From NCBI GenBank assembly GCA_963849385.1, contig CAWKHH010000006.1:381394-445393 (forward strand): DNA of 64,000 nt. Direction: 5' to 3'. The translations under genes were made by a program, and so were the position numbers. A model generated the notes under the pieces. That model ran no database searches, was not told the DNA's origin, and saw nothing but the letters and a program-made list of their open reading frames with translations. This stretch comes from Ignavibacteriota bacterium (lineage in GTDB: Bacteria > Bacteroidota > Ignavibacteria > UBA10030 > UBA6906). Positions 10,270-20,193 of the stretch are shown piece by piece (the stretch's first letter is position 1; each line of letters begins with the position of its first letter).

Positions 10270-12164
10270 GGCATGACCTCACGGCCAAAGAGCGTGGGCG
10301 GGCAGAACGGTCCAGTGGTGGAGTTCCCCGCCCTCACGCTGAAATACTCTTCGCAATCAGGCATCCCATTCCACTGGCGCGCAAGAATGCTTTCCTTAAA
10401 CGGATCGTAGGTGAATTCCATGGCATCGTCACCCGAAAGGTAGCGGACAGTCCGCAACATGCCATCGTGCACGTTCTGCTTGACCGTTGCCCTTTCGGCG
10501 CCGCGAAGGAACTCCTCCCACGTCGTCTCAGCCGAAGTGGAGAGTTCCATGACAACACCCGTCCACCAGCTGTTGATTGCATGACGCGGGAAATCCCTCG
10601 CAGGTCCATCATAGTTGTACATCGACACAATCATGTAGTCACCGCACCGCCAGATCTTCACCGGGTGGGCGGAGGGCGATGGCGATGGTTGCAGCGGAAG
10701 AATAAGCCCGTAGGTATGATAGTCGCGGAAACAGATTCTTGCCGGGCCTGCACAAACGAAGGGAAACTCTGAGATAGGTGTTCCGTTCACCAGAAGCGCG
10801 TCAAAAGGCGCATGATACGTGAACAGCATGTCCATCCGAAAGCTCTCTACGCCGCAATGCCCTGCACGCTTTGGGGTATAACATGCGATGATTTTGTTCT
10901 TGTGCTGGTATGTCGCACATCGGCCTTCTTCGTAAAGATAACTCTCATCAATGGTCGTACGCGCCACATGGCAGACGTTCTTCTCTCCGACGCGACTGCC
11001 GTTGAACACACCGCGCGTATACGCAGATCGAAAATCAGAAAGAGCGTGAATCTCCGTGCCCCGCCGAATTCTGAGCATGAGGCTGTCCGCATGACCCGCA
11101 TTCACATAGGGCATGGATGCCGAACCCAGCGCATACTCTTCCGTCATGTATGTTGTAAGCTCACTCCAGCCGCCGGGATACACATCCTCGTCGAACGCAA
11201 ACTGCCCGTCACCGGGCGCGGACGCATTGATCGCGCGCCGGTTGTTCTCGTGGTAGCTTTCTCCATACGTTATTTTGCGGAATTCATAGGGAAGAGGTTT
11301 GTGCCATGTAATTGATCGCGCAAGTTCCGGCACATGAAACGGGAGAATCGCCACCAGCGCATTCTGCACAAGGGTCGAAGGATGATTGTAGCGATAACAG
11401 AGTCCGGGCTCAATGAAGAGCCGGTCGCCGTACGCAGCAGCCATGGTGAAATGGAGTGCCGAACAGCCGCCCATCGAGTCGTCGGCGTACGAGCGCGAGT
11501 GCGGACCTGCAAACTGCTGGCTCGGGAAGTGAAAATGCATGGCAACGTCTACCCAGAGCCGCTGCTCCAGAAAGAGGGCCAGCTGTCGTGCCTCCGCCGA
11601 TCGGGCATGTTCCGCAACGAGACCCAGAAACCATAGATCGAGGGCAGTATACGTGGGACTGTTATACTCTGACATTTCCGATTGCCGGAGGCGTGTCCCG
11701 CAGTGGTCCCCTGTACGATGCCGGAATGCTTCCAGGCGGCGGCAGCCAAGATCGACAGCCCATGTCTCATTGCATCGTTCCCCCCCCAGAATCAGCGTGG
11801 CATACGCAGCCAGAGGATGATTGACATTCCCATCGTGGAAATCACACGTGGCCGCCTCAACCAGTCTGTTCTGGATCGATCGCTCCAACTGCGCAGTAAG
11901 GGGGGGGTCTATCAGGCCGGGGATGCGATGGAGCAATGCCAGCAATGTCGCCGGAGTGTGGGTCGCATCCTCCGGTTCCAGTGTCGCCAGTAATCGGTTA
12001 CCGAATTGTCTCCGCTCGTCCTGTCTGTCGAACAACAGGGCGAGGGCATACCAGTATGTGTCCCGGGCGATGAGACATCGTCCGGTTGCGGGACTGTAAT
12101 AGCGATCCCCGGCCTCCCTGGCGATATCCATAAGCCAGAGGCGGTCTTTCGGAAGTGCGTTCAC
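10266..12164 (-). CDS. large cytoplasmic hypothetical protein, first gene of the glycan/ABC string (possible lyase/hydrolase toroid + beta-sandwich)
   Basis: 632-aa intact ORF overlapping the permease start by 4 nt, with no signal peptide. I did not recognise a family; the fold guess rests only on context and composition. Confidence 0.35.
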   Translation of the reverse strand: MNALPKDRLWLMDIAREAGDRYYSPATGRCLIARDTYWYALALLFDRQDERRQFGNRLLATLEPEDATHTPATLLALLHRIPGLIDPPLTAQLERSIQNRLVEAATCDFHDGNVNHPLAAYATLILGGERCNETWAVDLGCRRLEAFRHRTGDHCGTRLRQSEMSEYNSPTYTALDLWFLGLVAEHARSAEARQLALFLEQRLWVDVAMHFHFPSQQFAGPHSRSYADDSMGGCSALHFTMAAAYGDRLFIEPGLCYRYNHPSTLVQNALVAILPFHVPELARSITWHKPLPYEFRKITYGESYHENNRRAINASAPGDGQFAFDEDVYPGGWSELTTYMTEEYALGSASMPYVNAGHADSLMLRIRRGTEIHALSDFRSAYTRGVFNGSRVGEKNVCHVARTTIDESYLYEEGRCATYQHKNKIIACYTPKRAGHCGVESFRMDMLFTYHAPFDALLVNGTPISEFPFVCAGPARICFRDYHTYGLILPLQPSPSPSAHPVKIWRCGDYMIVSMYNYDGPARDFPRHAINSWWTGVVMELSTSAETTWEEFLRGAERATVKQNVHDGMLRTVRYLSGDDAMEFTYDPFKESILARQWNGMPDCEEYFSVRAGNSTTGPFCPPTLFGREVMP

Positions 12165-12352
12165 AGGTGCAGGATCCGGGGTGTTCGGGTTCGAAATGAT
12201 TCAACTACTGATTTTCAATGTGGGGAATCCCGGGGGGATTTGCAAGCGGGTTGCATTTCCGGGGGTAGAATCATAGTTTGCACCACTAACAGGGTGTTGA
12301 AAAACACTCTCACATCTCGCGGCGTCATTTTCAACAACCTGCTGAAGGTCAT

Positions 12353-14354
12353 ATGTCCAGAACATCCCAATCGAAGAACCCGGAGAATCCCGCCCGACGC
12401 CGCGTGTTCTCTGTCGTTATATTGCTTGCGCCTCTTCTGATCCTCGCCGCAGTCGAGGGTTTCTTGCGGCTGTTTTCCTACGGAGGAGAGAGAGATCTCG
12501 TTCTCACGACGACAATCCGCAACCGTGAGTTTTATACGCTCAACCGTGCAATTGGCAAACGGTACTTCGTCCAGCAGGGCGTTGCAATCCCCGAGCCGCC
12601 GGATGCGCTTTTCCCGAAATTCAAATCTCCACACACACAGAGAATCTTCTGCCTCGGGGAATCCACAATGGCCGGATTTCCGTATGAATACAACGCCACT
12701 CCGCCATCGATGCTGAAGGACCGCCTCACAACACTCTTCCCTTCAGATACGATCGAAGTGACCAACGTCGGCATGTCGGCAGTCGGAACCACCGTCGTGC
12801 GCGATCTGATCGGCGACCTTGTGCACTATGAGCCGGATCTGTTCGTCATCTACGTCGGTCACAATGAATTTTATGGCGTGTTCGGGCCGGGGTCATCGGC
12901 CCCTCTCGCGGGGAGCCCGTGGTTGACACGAGTGCATCTTTCGCTGATGCGCTTCCGGGTGTATCTCCTCCTTCGTGACGGTCTCGCCGCACTTCAGGAT
13001 GCGTTGTCGTCTGATCGGCGGGCGAATGGCACCACGCTTATGGAACAAATGGTGGGAACTGGAGAGATCGCCTTCAATAGCGAACTCTACAGGCGAGGAC
13101 TGTCGATCTATCGCGACAATATCGAAGCAATCATCGACGTCGCGCAATCGCATCACGTGCCGATTCTCTTCAGCACACTCGTAAGCAATCTTCGCGATCA
13201 GGTCCCGTTTGTCAGTGTTTTTGCCGCCGGAACCACGGAATCCATGAAAGTCGAATGGAATCGCGCAAAGACCAGCGGAGACAGCCTCGCAGAAACCGGT
13301 CAGTTCGTTGATGCCATAGAAGTTCTTCATCGCGCAGTAGCAATCGATTCGATGAATGCCTCCGGATACTATTCGTTGGGCAAAACCCTCGAGGCGGCCG
13401 GTCACTACGAGAAGGCACGGCAGGCATTCATCAAGGCGAAAGATCGCGACGCACTCCGGTTTCGAGCTTCCGAAGAATTCCAGGAGGCGCTCCTGGACAT
13501 CTGCCAACGACGCGCTGTGCCGGTTGCACGTGTTGATTCGGCGTTCGCTGCTGCATCAGCGCACGGGATCATCGGGCGGGAATTGATTCTGGAACATGTG
13601 CATCCAAACATTTGGGGATACCTTCTGATGGCCCATACCTGGGCTGACGCCATGAAGGCAAACGCTATGCTGCGACCGGCAGCATCGTGGGGTGCTGCCC
13701 CACCTGACTCAACGTTTCTCCAGATCGCCGGAGTATCACGATTTGATGAGGCTCTGGGACAGGTGAAGGTGCATCAACTCACCCAGCGATGGCCGTTCCG
13801 GCCGGAGCCGGGCCATCCCTCGTTGTTGCCTCGCGATACGGTGACAACAATCGTTGACTCGGCACTCAAAAGCGGCGTCTCGTGGACTCAGGCGAGGTAC
13901 CGGGTCGCAGACTACTACGCCCAACGTCGGGAGTTTGATCTCGCGCGACGCGAGTGCATCGCCATCGCAAAAGCATTGCCCTATTCGTTTCAGCCATGGA
14001 TCCGAAGGGCAGATCTCTTCTCTGCTGAAGGAAGGCTGGCTGAAGCCGCGGAGGAATACCGCCACTGCATTGCAGTAGAGGAAAACCCGTACGGCCATAT
14101 GAAGCTCGGCGTCCTCCTGCTGCAGAGTGAGCATCCCTCAGACGGCAGCGGCGGAGTTCGAAAAGGGGTTTTCAGTTGATGCTGGGCCGAAGGGGGGCCT
14201 CACAGTAGGTGAGCAGGCGAATGGCAGATCAGTGCTGGCATTTGCCTATGCGCGGCTTGGACGGTTTGCGCAGGCCAAAGAGAACGCCCGGCGGGCCGTT
14301 GCCCTGCAACCGGGCTTGAAAGAAGCGACCGATCTTCTCCGGAGACTACCCTGA
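12353..14354 (+). CDS. membrane-anchored SGNH/GDSL-like hydrolase fused to TPR repeats (one apparent frame change)
   Basis: N-terminal TM VFSVVILLAPLLILAAV and SGNH block-I-like FCLGESTMAG, with C-terminal TPR-like helices. ORF 12353..14179 continues sensibly in ORF 14127..14354 (AFAYARLGRFAQAKENARRAVALQPG), implying a 1-nt shift near 14130. Confidence 0.55.
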
Positions 14355-14372
14355 GGAGCCTCCGAACATCCC

Positions 14373-14576
14373 CTACATCTTGTCTTTCAGATGCTGTTTG
14401 ATTTTCTCCGCCGCATCCTGAATGACCCTGGACACACTCTCCAGATCTTCGGCGATCTGCGGACCGATCGTGCCCTTGATGTGCTCCTTTTCCAACCCCA
14501 GGATGTACAACGCCACCTTGCGCCGGTCTTCCACTGATAGACCCTTAATTGCAGCTGTGATCTCGTCGATCGTCAT
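14373..14576 (-). CDS. small helical hypothetical protein (67 aa)
   Basis: Clean ORF with charged, helical composition, co-directional with and 85 nt downstream of the isoprenoid-synthase-like gene. Confidence 0.4.
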   Translation of the reverse strand: MTIDEITAAIKGLSVEDRRKVALYILGLEKEHIKGTIGPQIAEDLESVSRVIQDAAEKIKQHLKDKM

Positions 14577-14660
14577 GGCAGTTCCTTTCGGTTTCTCTTC
14601 CTATTTTGATTGTGGAATTAGTAAAGCCTCAATTCCAGAGGTATTTTGTGCGGATTCGAC

Positions 14661-15944
14661 TCAACCGATCCCGGCAGCACTCATCCAGGCTGTCTTGGAC
14701 ATGCCAGCTTCCCGGAACACCTTGTGCTCGTTGAGCCGTTGCTCTATCACGGGTTTGAGAGCACCGAGAAAATCGACAGGAAGTGGCAGGTGCTTCTCGA
14801 TCCCGGAAAGATAACTGCAGCTGTAGAGTGCACGATGTCGCGCGATCGCTTCAAGCACAAGAAGAAGACAACTTTCCCTGATCAACAGGCAGAGAGATGC
14901 CTTGTTCGCCTGTGCGCGGTCGTTCATCTCCGCACAGCATCGGAGCACAAACCACAAAAGCCGGTTGGTGGGCACATCCAGCGGCCCTCTCTCAAGGGCA
15001 CGCGTGAACGCTGTGGAGTGCCCGGCAAAGCGATCCTCACCAACATCCTGAAGATCATCAACAAACTGCAACGCCACACCGTAGGCAAACATTGCTTCGG
15101 CCATCGGAGGCGTAAGCGAGCCGGTCACAAGCACACCGTCGGCAAGTACCGAGGTACCACCTTTTTCCATCGTAAGCGAAAGAAGGTATTCTTCATCAAA
15201 GCCGGAACAGTCCCGATGAAGCAACAGGCTTTTCCCCTGGGCTTCATGTATTGCCATCAGGCTATGGTATACGTCAGGATGGTTTGGCCGCGGGTATTGG
15301 TGTTCAACCATGCCGATCAACCGATGTATCGGAACGTTATTCGCGCCATCCGCATCGAGCTCGATGCCGCGCAACCTGGACGACAACCATCGAACAAACG
15401 ATTCCTTCTGCGAATCCGTTTGTTGGAGATCGTCAATCCTGTTGTCGGTATAGGGATAGAGCATACTGTATGCAAAGGAGGACTCCGTCATCGAGACCGG
15501 ATGGGAAAGGTAGGTCTGGATGCTGTTGAACACCCATTGATTTCGAAGCGCCTGAAGGACATCATCGTCTTCGATGCTGTGGTCAAAACTCTTTGCCTCT
15601 CTGGCGAAGGATTTCCCGACTCCCTCGCAATCATCCATGAAATGCTGCATCTCCGGATCGACTGATCCTCGCAGAATTCTTCCCAAACTTGCACGGACAT
15701 GTTTTCGCAGAATGAGCCGATCACCATCCAGCGCCATTCCGCCCCACTCGCTCTGTCCCGGGACATTTTGGATGAGCGTCTGGATTCGGGACCTGTTGCC
15801 CTCCTGTTCGCCTCGAGAATAGGTCTTCAGGCCGGAAGGAAAGGCTTCCGGGCAGGTCAGCCAGGCGGACAAAAACCTTTGTGTCAATTGCGATATCGAC
15901 GGGCTCAAGAAGTCCTTTGGCAGTTGTGAGACGAGCGGATGCAC
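14661..15944 (-). CDS. squalene/phytoene-synthase-like (class 1 isoprenoid synthase fold) protein
   Basis: GVALQFVDDLQDVGEDRFAGH resembles the second Asp-rich block (A-x-Q-x-x-N-x-L-R-D-x-x-E-D) of head-to-head prenyl synthases. YPYTDNRIDD is a possible first Asp-rich block. Confidence 0.4.
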   Translation of the reverse strand: MHPLVSQLPKDFLSPSISQLTQRFLSAWLTCPEAFPSGLKTYSRGEQEGNRSRIQTLIQNVPGQSEWGGMALDGDRLILRKHVRASLGRILRGSVDPEMQHFMDDCEGVGKSFAREAKSFDHSIEDDDVLQALRNQWVFNSIQTYLSHPVSMTESSFAYSMLYPYTDNRIDDLQQTDSQKESFVRWLSSRLRGIELDADGANNVPIHRLIGMVEHQYPRPNHPDVYHSLMAIHEAQGKSLLLHRDCSGFDEEYLLSLTMEKGGTSVLADGVLVTGSLTPPMAEAMFAYGVALQFVDDLQDVGEDRFAGHSTAFTRALERGPLDVPTNRLLWFVLRCCAEMNDRAQANKASLCLLIRESCLLLVLEAIARHRALYSCSYLSGIEKHLPLPVDFLGALKPVIEQRLNEHKVFREAGMSKTAWMSAAGIG

Positions 15945-16043
15945 CTGAGAACAATACGCTCTCTTTCACCCAAAAGATGCAGACAGAACAGCTCTACGCG
16001 TTGCACATGGCAAGGAACGTGGCAATGGAGAGTGCAACAACGG

Positions 16044-16075
16044 TTTGTTGGAAACGTAGAATAGTATTATATTTG
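16044..16075 (+). promoter_or_regulatory. Bacteroidetes-type promoter candidate (-33 TTTG, -7 TAnnTTTG)
   Basis: TTTG at 16044-16047, a 20-nt spacer, and TATATTTG at 16068-16075, 60 nt upstream of ATG 16136. Confidence 0.4.
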
Positions 16076-16135
16076 CCTCGTGGAGATTCGGAGACTAATC
16101 GGGCCGACTGTTGGACAGGTAATACCAAAAACGAA

Positions 16136-16756
16136 ATGGACTTGATCATGAAGACACTCCTCTTTCTGGCGGGATTCCTGGCGTCATTCCCGCTCCTGGC
16201 GCAAGAACAGACCCTTGTTGGATCCTCCTCCATTGACCACGGCGGCTATGGCGCTCTTGTGGTCAAATTCACCTCGGTGAATGACAGACTCGGCGTCCTT
16301 GTTGGCGGGCGCGGAGGGTGGATTATCGACCACACGTTTGCAATCGGAGGGGCAGGGTACGGACTGGTTAATGAAGTCCCCGCCAAAGGCATAGGCCCTC
16401 TCGGACAACAATTCTTGAATTTTGGGTACGGCGGACTTGACCTTGAGTATATCGCCAACTCGAACAGCCTCGTGCACTATTCGCTGCACACTCTCATCGG
16501 TGCGGGAATGGTGGGGTATCGCAGCGCCGGTTGGGAAGATGTTTCGTGGACCCATGGAGACGTGTGGGATGCCAGACACGACAGGTTTTTTGTGATTGAA
16601 CCCGGTGCAAACATTGACGTCAATGTCACAACCTGGTTCCGGGCCAGCGCAGGCGCGTCGTACCGGTTCATCGGAGGGGTGGCATCGGATGCCTCGACAG
16701 GAAAAGACCTCTCCGGGCCGTCGGGGATGCTGACATTGAGGTTTGGCTCGTTCTAG
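16136..16756 (+). CDS. secreted glycine-rich beta-rich hypothetical protein
   Basis: An in-frame ATG at 16136 gives the signal peptide MDLIMKTLLFLAGFLASFPLLAQ. Gly/aromatic-rich alternating segments follow, ending in LTLRFGSF. Confidence 0.5.
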   Translation: MDLIMKTLLFLAGFLASFPLLAQEQTLVGSSSIDHGGYGALVVKFTSVNDRLGVLVGGRGGWIIDHTFAIGGAGYGLVNEVPAKGIGPLGQQFLNFGYGGLDLEYIANSNSLVHYSLHTLIGAGMVGYRSAGWEDVSWTHGDVWDARHDRFFVIEPGANIDVNVTTWFRASAGASYRFIGGVASDASTGKDLSGPSGMLTLRFGSF

Positions 16757-16788
16757 AGGGTTTCTCACCATCAATCTGCTTCCCATGT

Positions 16789-17931
16789 CTACTGCACCCG
16801 TTCCGAATGTATCATGTACTTCATCAACCGTCGCGGATCAACGGTAATGCCAAGTCCCGGTCCGGGCGGCACATCGATGAAACCGTGACGGTCCAGCACC
16901 ACGGGCTGCTCGACGATATCCTCCGCGAAGTAGTTGAGCGTTTCAGAGGTATCTCCCGGAAGTGAAAAACCATCCGTCGTCTGAAGATGGATATTCACGG
17001 CGCGTCCGATCCCGGTCTCATCCATGCCGCCTGACCAGACTCCGATAGTATGGTCCATGGCATAGCGTGCGATGCGCATGGATTCCAGCAGTCCACCAAC
17101 CCTCCCCTGTTTGATATTGATAACCCGGCACGCATCAAGCGCGATCGCAGAGGCGACATCATCGAACGTATGCAGACATTCGTCCAGGCAGAGCGGCGTA
17201 CGCAATTGCTTTTGAAGAAGAGAATGCTGGTAGATATCGCTGTAGGAAAGTGGTTGTTCGATCATCGTCAGCCCGAACGCATCAAGTTTCTGCAAATGCA
17301 GGGTGTCATCGAGCGTGTAGTCCCCGTTTGCATCCACCATCAGCTGCAGATCCGGAAAGTGTTCGCGCACCGCCCTCACCCACTCGACGTCCTTCCCCTT
17401 CTTGATCTTCATCTTCACACGGTGGTACTTCTTCGCCACAGCAGATTCCACCGCCTCGAGGAGTTCAGTCTGCGTGTCCCTCAGGCCGATGCTGATACCT
17501 GACATGATCTTCTTGGCCGGCCGGCCAAGCAAGGAGTGGAGTGGAATCCCGCGTTCCAGAGCAACACACACGAGCAGGGCATTCTCCACCGTCGCCTTGG
17601 CCATCTCGTGCCCGCGCACATGGCGGAACTTCTGCATCACTTCGCCTATCGTGGCGCCCGGCTCGATCAAGGGGAGCAAGAAGTCTTTGATGATGTGGCG
17701 GACGGTGCTTGTTGTTTCTGAAAGATAGAACGGGTCGGGATCTGCAACGCATTCGCTCCATGCAACATGACCGCCGCTTTCCAACCGCAGCAGGAGTGCC
17801 TCCTTGTGCGTCCAGGTCTGCACGCTTGTGCCAAAAGGATGCACAAACGGAAGCTTCACCGTGACGAAGTCCAGGCGCTCAAGGAGCGGAATGCTCTGCT
17901 GTTCAAGGGGCGTCTGTGAGGGTTCGGTCAT
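16789..17931 (-). CDS. enolase-superfamily enzyme, o-succinylbenzoate synthase / N-acylamino-acid racemase subgroup
   Basis: KMKIKKGKDVEWVRAVREHFPDLQLMVDANGDYTL and MIEQPL blocks are typical of the MR/MLE family. The start is taken at the internal ATG (MTEPSQ). Confidence 0.7.
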   Translation of the reverse strand: MTEPSQTPLEQQSIPLLERLDFVTVKLPFVHPFGTSVQTWTHKEALLLRLESGGHVAWSECVADPDPFYLSETTSTVRHIIKDFLLPLIEPGATIGEVMQKFRHVRGHEMAKATVENALLVCVALERGIPLHSLLGRPAKKIMSGISIGLRDTQTELLEAVESAVAKKYHRVKMKIKKGKDVEWVRAVREHFPDLQLMVDANGDYTLDDTLHLQKLDAFGLTMIEQPLSYSDIYQHSLLQKQLRTPLCLDECLHTFDDVASAIALDACRVINIKQGRVGGLLESMRIARYAMDHTIGVWSGGMDETGIGRAVNIHLQTTDGFSLPGDTSETLNYFAEDIVEQPVVLDRHGFIDVPPGPGLGITVDPRRLMKYMIHSERVQ

Positions 17932-18177
17932 GGCAGCTGCTCCTCTGTGGGACGACGGCAAACGTGGCGTAGTGACTACACAAGATACGGACGGCAGTAC
18001 TGAGGAGCAAGGCGTCGGCTTGCACCTCGGTGTCCATCATCGTACATTATTTTCGCTCCTCCTCTTCCGGACCTTCACAGACACAGGAGGAATGCCCATG
18101 TCCTTCCCAATCTCACGACGGTGAGACTCTTACGATTCCATTAACCGCGTCATACACTATCTGCGTGAGAGGTATCA

Positions 18178-20088
18178 ATGCTTCGGACAGTATGCACGCT
18201 ATCACGCAGGGGTGAGTGCATTCGCCTCTGGTGGCTCGTACTGAGCCTCGCCGTGGCGGCCCCTGTGCTTGCCGCCCAGGACACGACAAGCTATGTCATT
18301 ACCGCAAGCGATGGAGTGCAGCTCGAGGCGACACTGGCGCTTCCCGACAGCGGTGCTCCGGCCACAGGCTTCCCTGCCGTTGTCCTGATCCACGGGTACG
18401 GCGGCAACAAAGACGAGATGGTGTATTTCAGCAACTTTCTTACCTCGCTTGGATACGGGAGCCTCACGTACAGTGTACGCGGACAGGGAAAGTCCGGCGG
18501 TCTTTCGACATTCATGGGCCCGCGTGAGACCCAGGATTTGCTTGAGGTGATTCAATTTCTTCGGCATCTGCCCGGCGTTGACTCCGCTAACCTTGCTGTG
18601 GCGGGCGGATCGCAGGGAGGCATCCATGCCTGGATCGCGGCAACACACAATATGCCCGGGGTCAAGGTGATTGTTTCTCTCGTAGGACCACCATCCTTCT
18701 CACTCGATCTTCTTCCGAATGAATGCATCAAGCAGCAGCTCTACTTTGAGTTGAACCTTGGCGCAGTCCGATACGATCCTCTCAGAGACCGTGTGCGTGA
18801 TTTCGCCGTGCGTGATCAATACGACAGCCTGCTCGCCTTCGCCGGAGTGCGTGATCTCGAAAAGCTGCTGGACAGCGTGCACACGCCGGTCATTCAGAGT
18901 CTGGGCTGGGCGGATGTTCTCTTTCCCGTCAACGGTGGAATTCGAGTAGTCGATCGGCTCACTCCGCGGGGCATTCCTGTGTGGTCCTACTTCGGGACGA
19001 ACGGGCACGGTGAACCGATAAATTTGGGCGAGTATATTTTTGAATTGGATCTCCTGTCATCATGGCTCAACAGGTGGTTAAAGGGTGTGCCGCTTGAACA
19101 TTCCGGCGCCCCCTTCATTGTCTACGCCGATGACAGGCCGGCATGGCCGCACCATGCGTCCATTGGCTGGCCGCCCGAGTCTCACGGGACCCTGCGCCTT
19201 TACTTTTCCGGATCGACGCTGCAAACCACGTATCCGTCGCAGCCGCAGGAGCTGCCCTTTACGCTTGCCTATGATTCAACGTACACTCCGGCGCAGGGCT
19301 GGACCGATGCATACCTCGGGGCGGGTTTCACGAAGGCTTTTCGCTCATCACCTGCACGCGCTTTTTCGGACCCTCTCGCGGATACGCTTGAGATCACCGG
19401 GATTCCGCGTGCGGTTCTGCAGCTTCAATCCGGCGCGGCGCGGTTTCAATCGCACCTGCGCATTTTCGACATCACGGCAGCCGACACCGGGCTTGTGTGG
19501 ACACTGATCACCCGTGGGGCACAGGGGGTGCGCAACAATATTCCGGGCACATCCTTGCAACGCGAGTTCGATTGTCAGGCGCTCTCCCACGTTATTCCGC
19601 CGGGGCACCGTCTCGGTGTCGAGGTGACGTCACTCGACATGTACGACGCGTCAAGGGCACATATCATCCCGTATTTCACTTCATCCATGTCCGCTCTGAT
19701 ATCGTCTCCGGCCAAACCGTCGTACGTGGATCTACCGTTTGTCGGCGGCGTCAGGTTCGTCTCCGTCGGCCCATCGACAGCGGCAGAGCCTTCGGAAATG
19801 ATGCTCAAGCAGAACTACCCCAACCCCTTTAATCCGAGCACAACAATAGGGTTTAGGGTCGGGGGTGCGAAGAATGGGTCCGGGTCTCGGGTCTGGGGTC
19901 TAGTTGGGTGAAGCTCAGCCGTGTATGACGTACTCGGACGCGAGGTGGCGGTGCTCGTGGACGGCTCTCTCGCACCGGGAGACTACAGAGCGGTATTCAA
20001 CGGAACCCGGTACGCAAGCGGAATGTACGTGTGCCGGCTGATCAATGGCACAGGCTCCGCCGAGAGGAAGATGGTGTTGATGAGATAA
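18178..20088 (+). CDS. alpha/beta hydrolase of the CocE/NonD (S15 X-Pro dipeptidyl-peptidase-like) type with T9SS C-terminal sorting domain; interrupted by in-frame TGA at 19909
   Basis: Signal peptide, VLIHGYGGNKDEM and nucleophile elbow GGSQGG. The CTD starts at NYPNPFNPSTTIGFRV (19813). After the TGA the same frame reads AVYDVLGREVAVLVDG...ASGMYVCRLINGTGSAERKMVLMR-stop (20088), which is the rest of a canonical CTD. Confidence 0.7.
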
Positions 20089-20193
20089 GCGCTACTTTAT
20101 GAGGACCAACCGCGCAGTCCGGAGTAAACGATAACTGTATCGATTACCTTAATATCCGGTTTCCAGGCGATTTGTCGAGAGAACTGAGAGGTT

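Noticed and set aside
12187-12197. GGGTTCGAAAT, which resembles a tRNA T-loop, in the 12165-12352 intergenic region.
   Set aside because: I could not fold a matching acceptor stem, anticodon arm or D-arm around it. It is probably a chance match.
12226-12307. Small hairpins in the divergent intergenic region: AATCC-CGGGG-GGATT, TGCAA-GCGGG-TTGCA and GTGTT-GAAA-AACAC.
   Set aside because: The stems are only 5 bp, there is no recognisable riboswitch or sRNA architecture, and such structures are expected by chance in GC-rich DNA.
19909-19911. In-frame TGA codons with sensible protein on both sides (19909, 36688, 35581) as evidence for TGA recoding or an alternative genetic code.
   Set aside because: Many well-defined genes here end on TGA with coupled downstream starts (ATGA/GTGA overlaps). 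In each case the residues just before the TGA read better in another frame, which fits paired indels rather than recoding.
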